Source of the DNA: Mobula hypostoma
Lineage: Eukaryota
Direction: 5' to 3'
DNA: 64,000 nucleotides
Assembly (NCBI RefSeq): GCF_963921235.1
Contig: NC_086097.1
Coordinates: 123,258,001-123,322,000 of the forward strand
Part shown: piece after piece, positions 52,580-64,000 of the stretch
Layout of the letters: each line of letters opens with the position of its first letter
Numbering within the stretch: the stretch's first letter is position 1
The notes under the pieces: generated by a model
Databases searched by the model: none
The model's input: only the letters and a program-made list of their open reading frames with translations
Told to the model about the DNA's origin: nothing
Translations under genes and position numbers: made by a program

Positions 52580-53090
52580 TGTGTCCAGGGAGGGGTAGCA
52601 CCTTTGGAGAACGGGCGTGTCGTGTCCATTCTGGGGCAGCTCACTCACCTTTGGTCCCCACTGGGCACTCAACTCTCACCTGTGGCTCCAACTAGCCTTT
52701 TGCATGTGACAACAGCCACACCCCCATACACCATTTCAATAGGCACCAGGTGAGGTTAGCCAGCAATCATCATAGCCCGGCGAGATAGGAACACGCTTGT
52801 CCTAGCATGCGAAGTCAGCTTCAGCAGACTGGGCGGATGAGAACAAAGGTGAGATCCACCAGCCAGGAAGGCCATTTCACAATGCTTCATGGACAGCAAA
52901 GGGCATGACAAGGCACAGAAGTGGTCATGGTCATCCACTGCAAACGAGGAAGACCCCAGGTGTGACGACAACTCATACCACTGGATCCAGACTTCCAAGG
53001 TTGAGAGAATGGAACTGTCCCAATGCAATGGCTTTTTCTGCTTTAAAAACTCTTCTGCACAGGTTTCCTATCATTGTCAGATACGACAGA
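52580..53090 (+). mobile_element. Probable RTE 5'-derived non-autonomous element
   Basis: GC-rich non-coding block resembling RTE-type 5' UTRs; no ORF. Assignment from general resemblance only. Confidence 0.4.
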
Positions 53091-54119
53091 TTTTTTTAAA
53101 ATTCCTTAGCCTTACAAAGAATCACCTCTATTGTTCAGAGGGAGTAAAACAACAATGGTATAAATTTCTTCCCCTGCCATTAAGTAATAATATTTGTGTG
53201 GTTGAGAGAAAGCACAAATGGATAACCCGTGTTGAGAGTAAAGTTGAGGGATCACAGAATGAAGATGGTGAAAGATGTTGAAAGAATTTCTGAGACATCC
53301 TTCGATTGGATGTAAGGGCTTCATGCAATTATACAATTGGAGTTAAAATGCAAACATTGTAGTTGCTGAAAGCAAACAGAATCAAAATTAATGTACTCAG
53401 TCAAGCATTAATTCAAGGCTTTGTATAGACCAATGGTATTAAACACAACAGCTAGATACAAAGGTGCTGTGCACTACAGAACCACAGCTTTCAGGGATGC
53501 AAGTATTTCATCCAGGACACTTTGGAAAATGTTAAAGGGTCTTTGCAAACTGCAGACCTCAGTCAAACAGTCAGGGTGGACAGGGAGCAGAAAACGCAGG
53601 AAACAAGAAATGAGCTCCAACATTTATGTGCACATTTAGACTGGTTTAACTGTATTGGGCCCTTTTATTTTTCTTTTCATTTTTTCTGTTAATTGTTTGT
53701 TAAAGTTGAAATATCGGTAAATATATTTCCTTTGTAATTTTATGCCAGGGTATGAACTGGATTTGTCTTCGTTCTGTGAACATGGCATAACTTTGACAGT
53801 TTACCACACTGGGCAAATAGCAATGTTGTAATTGTAATGGACCACACATCAGACATCACATATGAAAGTACAAAACATGATACTTCCAATGACTTGACAA
53901 TCAACCTGGCATAAAGGAAAATAACTCTTAAGATTACATAATGGAGAAATTACACTAGAAAGTGTGAAGAAACTAACCTTTACAAGTAAACATGCACTGT
54001 ATTTTAAAATTATATTTTGAAGCAGTCATCGTTGTTTGTCAGTGAGGGATAACTAAATTGCAACAGGCATGAAACGTAATTCTATGCCTTGAAGTTTTTA
54101 AGAAGAATACTGATGGCCT

Positions 54120-54741
54120 CTTCTCCAAGGATTGTCACCTTGTAGTGACAGAGACGTTTGTAAGTTTCTGAGGTCCCAAGAGTGATGCCATCTGGTGCAA
54201 AGCTCCTGCTTGGATTCCCCCATGGCGGCAGGGTCAAGGGGAAGGTTTCTGAAGCAGAGGGATGCAACCAAGCCCTCAAGAGTGGAGCTGGTGGAAGGTG
54301 ACGACATATCACAATAGCAGTGAAGGTGGAGGAAGGCTGCAGCAGTGAAGGGTCCCCAGTCAGCTTGCTCTCCGTGCCACTGGGCCTTGACCCGATCTGT
54401 CAAGGCGTGTTTGGTGGCGACCTATGCATCAGTCTCCCCACGTTAAACAAACTCATGCTCAGCTGTCCTCCATTCAGGGAATCCATCCTAACATTCTGGT
54501 TTACGTCCCATGGCAATCAGCAAGTGGTGAAGGGGGCAGGACTATGAGGTCTGGATGAGTCCAGGATCCATGACGTTGGTTTACAAAGGACAACCTTGCA
54601 CAAGAAGGATGGTTGCTCTTGCTGACACTGTACCAGAATACGTGGATCCCAGAATCGGCCTCTATAGTCACCTTAAGACCCACAGACAGACTACCCCTTT
54701 TAGGAGAACATCATACTCGACTCGTGTGATTGCAGTCCTCC
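54120..54741 (+). mobile_element. Bipartite RTE-derived non-autonomous element
   Basis: 12-bp TSD tactgatggcct (54108-54119, 54742-54753); 5' UTR plus RIGLYSHLKTH RTE C-terminus and tail. Confidence 0.75.
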
Positions 54742-54939
54742 TACTGATGGCCTGGAAACACAATTGTGTGGTACATCTATTTATAATTACACAACTAATT
54801 TGAATGACAAAACTGATTGTGAAACATCATAGGCACTTTTTAGCGATGTGAAATTGAACTGTGAGTATGTAGCAGCAATATGCAAGGCACATCTACTTCT
54901 GCCTCTACTTTTTTATAGTTTGCTCAGATTTAGTATGTC

Positions 54940-55865
54940 ATATAAACCTCCGATAAAACTTCGACAGATGCACAGTGGAGAATATTCTGACTGGCGACAT
55001 CATGACCTGGTATGGAAACACCAATGCCCAGGGATGGAAAAACCCATAAAAAGTGGTGGTCACAGCCCAGTCCATCACAGGTAAAGCCCTCCTGCACCTC
55101 TGAGCACATCTACTGGGAGGTCCGCCACAAAAAAGCAAAGATCCCTGCTATTCAGACCATGCTGTCCTCTCAGTAATGCTATCAGGAAGGAGATACACTA
55201 GTCTTAGGTCCCACACCACCAGGATCATGAAGAATTAATACCTTTCAACCATCAGACTCCAGATCAGTGCGGATAACTCCACTCACGTCAATACTGAGCT
55301 GATTTCACAACCTACAGACTGACTTTCAAGGACTCTACAACTATGTTTTTATTTATTTGAAGGTACAGCACAGAACAGACCCTTCCGGCTCAATGAGCCG
55401 CACCATCCAGCAACCCACCTAGTTATTGCTCACCTAGTCACAGGGCAATTTACCATGACCAAGCAACCTACAAACCTGTGTGTCTTTTGAACTGTGGGAG
55501 GAAACTACAGCACACAGGGGAAACCCATGCAGTTACAGGGAGAACGCACAAACTGCTTACAGACGGTGCCAGAATCGAACTCTGAACGCCGAGGCCCTGA
55601 GCTGTAAATACTGTTGAGCTAACCACTACACTGCCATGGTCTCAGTATTATTTTATTGAATTATATATTTCTATCCATATTTTTTGTATTTGCAGTGCTT
55701 GTCTTCTTTTTGCACATTTGTTGTTTGCCAGTCTGAGTAGTTTTTTTTAATGATTCTATTATACTTCCTTGTTCTTCTGCAAATGCCTGCAAAAGAATGA
55801 ACCTCAGAGTACACATGGTGACATATACGCACTTTGATAATAAATTTATTTGAAATTTGAACATT
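54940..55865 (+). mobile_element. Rex1/Babar-like LINE 3' fragment with a nested SINE
   Basis: RCTVENILTG.IMTWYGN motif and family tail. Confidence 0.8.
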
Positions 55866-57186
55866 TGATGTCTTTGCAAGTTAGTGTCAACTTAACAACA
55901 GAAAAAGGGCTTCAAGTGAAAAAGCAAGCCTTAAAGGCAAAAGATTTGAATGTAAGCAGGTTTGTTGTTGCCAGAACTATTATCAGGAGTCTTCCAGTGA
56001 AGTTAAATCTTCACTGATGAGCAGGTGGCTCCATGGTCAACATTAGGCCACCTCTGGCTTGAAATCCAACCACTCTATCACCTCTTCTCAGATGCTGCAC
56101 AGTGCCATGATATCTGATCATCTGATTAACCAAAAACAAGATGCCAGCACCTAAGACACAAGAGGTGCTGCACATGCTGGAAACAACACGCATAAAAAGC
56201 TGAAAGAACTCAGCAGGTCAGGCAGCATCTATGGAGGGGAATAACCAGTCAACGTTTTGGGCCCAGACCCTTCACTAGGACTCGGAAGGGTGGGGAAAGA
56301 AGCAAGAATAAGAAGGTGGGGGGACAGAAAGGAGTACCAGCTGGCAGGTGATAGGTACAATCAGGTTAGAGGTGGAAGGTAGATGAGTGGGGCAGGGGTC
56401 AGAAAGGGAAGGGTGAGGAGCTGGGAGGTGATAAAGGGCAAAGGGCAAAGGGTAGGTGGGGGGAATCTGGTAGGAGAGAACAGTAGACCACGGAATAAAG
56501 AGAAGATGGTGGGAAACCACAGGGAGGTTATGGGCTGTTCATTTCCCTCCATGGATGCTGCCTAACCTGCATTCTGCATCCCCCAGCCTTCTCTGGATGC
56601 CAGCTCCTGAGCCACTGCTTCTGGCTCAGGCATTCCAGCTGAGGCAGACTAACTAACAATGATAGCCACTGCTTTTAGATTCAACATTCAAGAATGTTTA
56701 TTGTCATTCTTCAGCACACAAGTGTAAAGGAGAACAAAGTAACTGTTACTCCATATGTGATGCAACAAAAACACCACAATATAAATATATAAGATTATCT
56801 TATACAATGTATATAGACTGATTGTACGTACATAAAGTTGTTGACCTATCAACTGATCTACGTTAAGCAATTCACTACACAACCTGCAATTAATCAAAAC
56901 TTGCATTTTATTTTCTCTGCAAAACAACAACCTAACTAGGTTGGCCCAGGGCTAACAATTTAGAACATGAATTCTACTATTCTCTCTGTACCAATACTCA
57001 CTCATACCACTTCTCCATTTTCTAACACTGAAATAGGGGATTTCCCATTGGCCAAACGATTGATCCTTCTCCCAACCCTTGGCAAGGGGTGGTGGCGGTG
57101 TCTCCCTTGCGAAGATTAGTCTCCAGAGTTCTCGCTACTCTACCTTTGAAGCCTCTCACTTACATACACTCCTTATCAGTTCAAAT

Positions 57187-57359
57187 AACACACATAAAAG
57201 TTGCTGGTGAACACAGCAGGCCAGGCAGCATCTATAGGAAGAGGTATAGTCAACGTTTCAGGCCGAGACCCTTCATCAGGACTGACCTGCTGCGTTCACC
57301 AGCAACTTTTATGTGTGTTGCTTGAAATTCCAGCATCTGCAGATTTCCTCATGTTTGCG
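57187..57359. mobile_element. Short fold-back Penelope-derived element with a hammerhead motif
   Basis: 14-bp TSD ttatcagttcaaat (57173-57186, 57360-57373); inverted ends; minus-strand hammerhead at 57248-57283 (CTGATGA...GAAACGTT). Confidence 0.85.
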
Positions 57360-58467
57360 TTATCAGTTCAAATGTTGTGTTTTAATCTTATTGGCTCTGG
57401 CCTATCTAGCAAACATGTCAGCATCCTATTGGCTCTGCTCCAAGCCAGCGGCAATTTATTGTCCTTCTTGCAAGTGTCAACTCATAAATACTGTCTCTTG
57501 GTTTTGAATCAGCCAGCTACTAGGTTCGAGTTACTCAGGTTCAGACAAAGACTCCACTGTTCATAAACCTGAACGTTCTATCATACCAAAGAATACCTCA
57601 CAAATAACTTCCTATTGGGAAATGATCTCCAGTCAAGCAAACTATCAGGAAAGTCATTGTGTCCACATTAAAACACATTGATAAGCTATTCCTAGGCAAA
57701 ACCAGCTCACAAAATGGAGGTTACAGAGCAGCTTCACAAAATGGTAGCCTCCATTCCTTTGACCTCTTGGCAAGAACAAAGACCTTGGACCTTCCACTGT
57801 CCTTGATTCATTCAAGTTCAATGTTTTCTTCCATACTTTAATCCCTTCATGGCCAAGAAAACCATGATAGGTTCAGGAGCATCTACACATAAGGTGACTC
57901 TGACAAGAAAAGATCAAGTAATGGTGTTAGGGAGGGTTCTGGGGTGTGTCAGCGACAGGAAGTATTGACCAGCCTGACAGCTTGGGGGAAGTAACTGTTT
58001 TGAGCCTGGCGGTCGTCCCATAGCCTCTTCCCTGATAGGACTGGGGCAAACAGTCCATGGGCAGAGTGAGTGGGCTCTTCTGTATATATGTCCTTGGTAT
58101 CACATAGGTTGGTGCCACTGGGAAGTTTTAACTACACATTGTAGAGCCCTCCTGTCCCCCACAGTGCATGCAAGCATTCCAAGCACGATGAGAGATGTCA
58201 ATGTAAGTTCAAGCTTCCTCCATAAAACCCAAATTTGCACACAACGACCAGTTGTCACCATGCAGATGCTCAAGGAATCAAAGCGCAAACATAGCTACTT
58301 GAATAAAATATAATCACTAACCTGCAGTCCAGCAAAAAATTGATGAGAATCCAGTGCATGACGCCATTTTGGAGCATATTTCTACAGGCCATACAATTCT
58401 AAACTAAAATTCTGATTTTTAAATGGTTTTGACTGACAGCTCAAGGATCAACTTTATTCACAACATA

Positions 58468-59003
58468 CACTCAGAGGCCACTTTATTTGGTACACCCACA
58501 CACCTGTTCATTAATGCAAATATCTAATCAACCAATCATGTGACAGCAAGTCAATGCATGAAAGCATGCAGACACAATCAAGAGGTTCATTTGTTGTTCA
58601 GACTAAACATCAGAATGAGGAATAAATGTGACCTAAATGACTTTGACCGTGGAATGATCATGGTGTCAGATAGGGTGGTTTGAGTATCTCAGAAACTGCA
58701 GATCTCCTATTATTTTCACACACAATAGTCTCTGGAGTGTACAGTGAGTGGTGTAAAAAACAAAACACATCCTGTGAGTGATAGTTCTATTGTCAAAAAC
58801 ACCTTTTTAATGAGAAAGGTCAGAGGAGAATGGCCAGACTGGGGTAAGCTGACAGAAAGGTGGCAGTAATTCAAATAACCAAGTGTTTCAAAAGTGGCGT
58901 GCAGAAGAACATCTCTGAACGTACAACACATCGAACCTTGAAGTGGATGGGCTACAGCAGCAGAAAACCGTGAACATATAGTCAATGGCCACTTTATAGG
59001 TAC
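58468..59003 (+). mobile_element. Non-autonomous Tc1/mariner element, right end truncated
   Basis: TA+cactcagaggccacttt TIR and the family transposase fragment. Confidence 0.85.
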
Positions 59004-59924
59004 AGCTATGGTGTGACATGCAACAAAAGCAATGTTCAACAAATATAGAGAAAAAGAATTATATTTAATATACAGTTGGAGGTTAAAATATTGATATGGA
59101 ATAAAATGGAGCTACCTAATTATTTTCATAGAAAAGGTTATAGATATTATTTCAAGTAGGGTTTAATGATATGTGATTACAGGAGGAATAGAGTGAGCCT
59201 CTGATAAAAGATATATCAGTCACAGAGGTATTTGAGGTAATGTCAACAATCAGGTCAGATTGGTCATCCAAACATTGCAACAAAAATACAATTAATATTC
59301 TGCATAAGATTTGTTATAGAGAAGGCTAGGTTTCATTATTCATTAATGACAAAAGCAATCTGCACACTGTAGCTATCCACATCAGACCAATCAAACTCAC
59401 TATATTCAGCAATCTGTCAATGTCAGCCTCAGGGAATAATGTCTGTCCAGGGAAACAGCAACAGTCTTCCAGGGGGTCACATATGTAAAAAGACTTACAA
59501 GTCAACTTTAACCTTTTGTTAATATGCAGCTCAGTGATGTGCAGGTTTTGCACAATGCCACTATTTGCTATGAGGTGTACTTATTTCATTGATCTGAGAT
59601 TTTTTTTAAAAATTAGCTTTGTCACATGTACAGTACACCTAAAAATATGAAAATACAGTGAAATGCACCATTTGCATCAAATCAAATCAGTGAGGATTCT
59701 GAAGTGTTGCCCCTAACTCACTGATCCTAACCATACATCTTCATAATGTGGGAGGAATGCAGAGCATCTGGAGAAAACTCACAAAGTTACAGGGAAAGTT
59801 TACAAACTCCTTACAAACAGCAAGAACTGAATCCTGGCCTTACAACTGGTGCTGTAATAGTGTTGCACTGATTGTTATTGTCATTTATGCCAGCTTGACC
59901 AACTGCAGCAGCGTCACCTACGTT

Positions 59925-60478
59925 CTCTGATGAAGATCACCTGGCAAGACAAGGTCTCCAATACTGGGGTCCTCTCTCAAGCCGGAATGCCAGCAGTTTC
60001 ATCCTTGGTGATGTCAGCCCAAACTGCGCTGGGTAGGATGTGCTGTCAGAATGCCTGACGGAAGACTGCCCAAGGACATCTTGTATGGCCAACTGTCCAG
60101 TGGTACCCGAAAACAAGGAGGCCAGTGACTACAGTACAAGGATGTCCTGCACAGGACCCTCAAGGAAGCTGACAATGCCCCATCCACATGGGAGGATCTG
60201 GCTCAAGATCGCTCACAGTGGAGGGACGCCATCAGAAAAGGTGTGGACGCTGCTGAGAACAAGCTCAACGAGGCAACGGAGGAAAAGCACAGGAAGTGCC
60301 ACAACAGAGCTTCTGCCCCTGCTGCCCCTCCAGGCCTCACCTGCCAAGTATGTGGCAAGCAGTGCCCGTCAAGGATCAGCCTGTACAGCCACTCCAGGAT
60401 GCACATATCAAACCCCACTAACTGACTGAAAGGAACCATCATCATCCTATGGGATGGATAGCCAGAGAGAGAGAGAGA
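59925..60478 (+). mobile_element. RTE LINE 3' fragment
   Basis: LRWVG, RMPDGRLPKDILYGQL, WEDLAQDRSQWR, CQVCGKQCPSRISLYSHSRMH zinc finger; (ga)n tail. Confidence 0.9.
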
Positions 60479-61488
60479 GTTATTGTCATGCAACACAGTG
60501 CTGTTTGTTTTGCCTTTAAGATAATACATCGCCCATAAACTGTGTGTTAATTGATTTACTGCTAACCATTGCTTGTATTATTATAGCCTTTAACATAATT
60601 TCTCAATCTACCATATCAAACCCATGCCTCTTTCCAGCAGAGTTTATTCAGATATAAGACCCTAGTTTCAAATTAAACAGCCACTTTCAATATACAAATG
60701 CAATTCTATTATATTATGATTGCTCTTTCTCGATGGTCCCTTAAGTACCAGATTACTAATTAGCCTTTATTAATTCCAGTGGAATTAACTTAGTTTCCAA
60801 AACGCATTCCTAATTGGCAAAGTTCAGGTCATTCTCACTGAAAATGATAAGGCTCAGTCCTCAAGCATGCTTTGACAGCTGACGGTGCTGTGACTCCAAG
60901 CTTACCAGCCAACCGGAGGTCAAAAGGCTTGGAGATTCTGGTTCATAGTTTCACACAAACACTGAGAAATACTAAATTAATCAGCCTGTTAAAAGTATTA
61001 AAATGACACTAAAATTTTCAGATATTGTAGCAAAAAGTGGCAAAGTCAATTAAACCATTTAAATTATTAAAATTAATTAAATTAACTCAATAAATTTTAA
61101 AGTAGTACACACATTCACTTCAAGTTAGCTACCTTCCTCAGGGTTGCTCCACCAGGTTAGGTTACGGAACCTAACCCAGTGCAGAGTAATTGACGAAGAA
61201 ACCGTGGGAAGATGGCGCACTAGTGAGTATAGCACCAAATGTCCGAAGTGGGCTGAAATGGTCAGAATCAGATTTAATATCACTGACATATGTGGCAAAA
61301 TTTCCTGTTTGTGGCAGCAGTAGTGTCATACATAAAAACAAACTATGAATTAAAATAAGAAATAGATATGTTTATAATTAAATAAGTAGTACAAAAGGGA
61401 CCAAAACTAGTGAGGCAAAGTTCATGCAACACACATCAAAGTTGCTGGTGAACGCAGCAGGCCAGGCAGCATCTATAGGAAGAGGCGC

Positions 61489-61524
61489 AGTCGACGTTTC
61501 AGGCCGAGACCCTTCGTCAGGACT
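61489..61524 (-). ncRNA. Minimal type I hammerhead ribozyme motif
   Basis: Exact reverse complement of 61556-61591. Confidence 0.75.
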
Positions 61525-61555
61525 AACTGAAGGAAGAGTGACTCTTCCTTCAGTT

Positions 61556-61591
61556 AGTCCTGACGAAGGGTCTCGGCCTGAAACGTCGACT
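61556..61591 (+). ncRNA. Minimal type I hammerhead ribozyme motif
   Basis: agtc-CTGACGA-agg-gtctcgg-cct-GAAA-cg-TC-gact; predicted cleavage after C61587 (GUC). Confidence 0.75.
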
Positions 61592-62628
61592 GCGCCTCTT
61601 CCTATAGATGCTGCCTGGCCTGCTGCGTTCACCAGCAACTTTGATGTGTGTTGCTTGAATTTCCAGCATCTGCAGAATTCCTGTTGTTTGAGGCAAAGTT
61701 CATGGTTGGTTCATTGTCTATTCAGACATCTGATGGTGGGAGGGATGGAGAAAGCTGTTCCAAGAATATTAAATGTGTGCCTTCAGGATCCTGTATCTCC
61801 TCTCTAATGGTAGCAATGAAAAGAGGGCGTGTTCTGGGCGATGGGGGCCCTTCTCCTCACTGGTCAATCTTCAATGGTGTAAAATTAAAGAAACAGGCAA
61901 ATCAACCTCCAGGCCAACAGTGAATCTGCTCGGATAGCCTGATTATATCAATGGGCCAAATGGGTCATGAGAAATAGACCATTTAAAATAAATTGAAACA
62001 GGCTCTCTCAAACATGAGTAACAGTTAAAACCACGATGCAATCAGGAGCACAGGCAACAATCTCATTGCCGATGCAACATTCATTTAGGTAGGAGCACTG
62101 CAGGTGAATTTGAAAGCACCTATCATAGCTTATCTGCGTAATAACCGAGGTACCCAAACACTACACTGAACTTGGGCCCATTTTATTTATGTTTCTAAAC
62201 TTACCTTTAGTTGTTTTGGCCCTCACCTTTACAACCTCTCCCGATAGCTGCATCATTTCCATCACAAACCTCTGATACCACAATCTCACAATCAGCTAAC
62301 TCAGCAATCTGCCAAGGCCCATGGAGTTCTGACCCTCATTTTCATTATCCCATTCACCGCGCTGCTCTGAGAGACAAGGTAATGTGCCCTAATGTCTACC
62401 ACCCAATGGCTCTGACATACACCATCAAGAACTGTTTCAAGCAGCTGGTCATGGCAACATTAAATCAGCTTTCCAGACAACCTCGAGCCACTGCAGTTCA
62501 CCTACCACCAGAACAGGTCTATGGCGGATGCCATGTCCCTGGCTCTACACTCATCTCTGGAAAATTTTAACAGTAAAGACACCTAATTCCACTATTATTT
62601 ATGGATTACAGCTCCACCTTCAATACTA

Positions 62629-62962
62629 CACTCAGTGGCCACTTATTAGGAACAGGCATGGAAACCGGTGTGATCTTCTGCTGCTGTAGCACATCCACGT
62701 CAAGGTCTGACATGTTTAGCATTCAGAGATGCTCTTCTGCACACAACTGTTGTGATGTGTGGTTATTTGATTTACTGTCACCTTCCTGTCAGCTTGTGCC
62801 AGTCTGGCCATTCTCCTCTGACCTCTCTCATTAACAAGGTGCTTTCGCCCACAGGACTGATGCCTTTGTTTTTCGCACCATTTTCTGTAAACTCTAGAGG
62901 CTGTTGTGCGTGAAAATCCTGGGAGATCAGTTTCTGAGATACTCAAACCAGCCTGTCTGACA
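62629..62962 (-). mobile_element. Truncated non-autonomous Tc1/mariner element
   Basis: TA+cactcagtggccac TIR; SISETDLPGFSRTTASRVY...LVNERGQRRMARL fragment. Confidence 0.85.
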
Positions 62963-64000
62963 ATTGTGTCCCTTTAATGCCTCTATGGATTTGTTACTGA
63001 AATATCTTGGTAGCTGATTACAAATCATTAAAAGGAAGCCTCCAAATGTACTGTACCAGCTAAACGATGGTCTTAGTTCAGATAGGCAATAAAGGATGAA
63101 AAATCAAAATTTTTAACTAGATTAATGCCTCGTAGTAAATTATAATTGCGGAAAAACTTAAAGATATAAAATCACTATCATTATTAATTAAGTTGGGCTC
63201 GTACCATCTGATATTTGGTGCTGCAAGATAGATAAATAGAAAAACGTAATCTACTGAAAAGCTAACTGAAATACATCCAGACCTGATGATAAAATTTTAT
63301 ATATTAAAATGCATGGATAACTATTACACAAAGATCACATTCAGCTTGCAGTCCATCACCACACAATTCGCAGTGAAAATGCCATTGCTTTTTTTATAAC
63401 TTAAATCTTCTTGCTTCTAGCAAGTGCCAGAGTTCACTATATAACTGTGGGAGAAGAGGCTAATTTATTGCCCCTAAAGCCACATGCTGGGATCACCACA
63501 TACAATTAACTCCTGTCCAATCAGAGCAAATCAGACACAAAATCAAATTTGACGGGCTAATAATATATGTCCATCCAGCTAACACTAACTATCCAACAGT
63601 GCCTGTATTTTTGAGAAGGTTGTGCAGAATCATATGTCATTTAAAACTTCAAAGTTCAAAGTTCGAAACAAATTTATTATCAAAGTACATGTATGTCACC
63701 ATTTTCAACCTTTAGGTGTATTTTCTTGCAATATCACAGTAAATACAAGAAACACTATAGAATCAATGAAAGGCCACATCCAACAGGACAAACAACCAAT
63801 AAGCAAAAGAAAACAAACTGCAAATACAAAAATAGAGAAAAATAGGAAATGATATTAACAATAAAATAGGCAATAAATATCAGGAACATGAGATGAAGAG
63901 CCCTTGAAAATGAGTCCACTGGTTGTGGGAACAGTTCATTGATGGGCCAAGTGAAGTTGAGTGAAGTTATCCCTCCTGGTTGAAGAGCCTGATGATTGAG
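62870..64000 (-). repeat. Inverted segmental duplication, copy B (partner 12995-14110); runs off the window edge
   Basis: Reverse complement aligns colinearly with copy A, including the TE junctions. Confidence 0.95.

Larger units (their letters stand above)
61427..61688. mobile_element. Palindromic Penelope-derived element with two opposed hammerhead motifs
   Basis: 114-bp perfect arms 61426-61539 and 61541-61654; direct repeat tgaggcaaagttcatg at 61411-61426 and 61689-61704. Confidence 0.92.

Noticed and set aside
55985..56080. CTGATGA...GAAA with nearby hairpins, resembling a type III hammerhead
   Set aside because: Helix I does not abut a valid NUH site and helix II does not close next to the core
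61155..61176. Hairpin ggttaggtt-acgg-aacctaacc near an aagatggcg motif
   Set aside because: An isolated 9-bp stem is plausible by chance; no second copy or supporting context
61378..61807. Mirror-image ORFs (LVNAAGQAASIGRG...) on both strands
   Set aside because: A consequence of the palindrome; this is non-coding PLE tail sequence

Overview
Repeat-dense eukaryotic genomic DNA, most likely from a cartilaginous fish (ray or skate); this is inferred only from the mix of CR1, Rex1/Babar, Penelope, SINE and Tc1 repeats. The only host coding sequence I can support is one 117-bp, phase-0/0 minus-strand exon (47277-47393) of a CCDC102A-like coiled-coil gene, so most of the window is probably intron. 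The rest is mostly decayed transposable elements: CR1, Rex1/Babar, L2 and RTE LINE pieces, tRNA-type SINEs, about 10 non-autonomous Tc1 copies, hAT MITEs, a non-autonomous Helitron, two solo LTRs, a full-length decayed Gmr1-type Gypsy element (INT before RT) and Penelope-like elements (PLEs). Two things stand out. (i) A family of TSD-flanked, fold-back PLE derivatives carries minimal hammerhead ribozyme motifs; one copy is a perfect 229-bp palindrome with two opposed hammerheads (61426-61654). (ii) Two nested long-range inverted homologies (13.0-14.1 kb vs 62.9-64.0 kb; 17.7 kb vs 54.3 kb) bracket the exon and each contains an island of near-perfect identity inside much more diverged sequence. 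Coordinates of decayed repeats are approximate, all identity figures are hand counts, and no database search was run.
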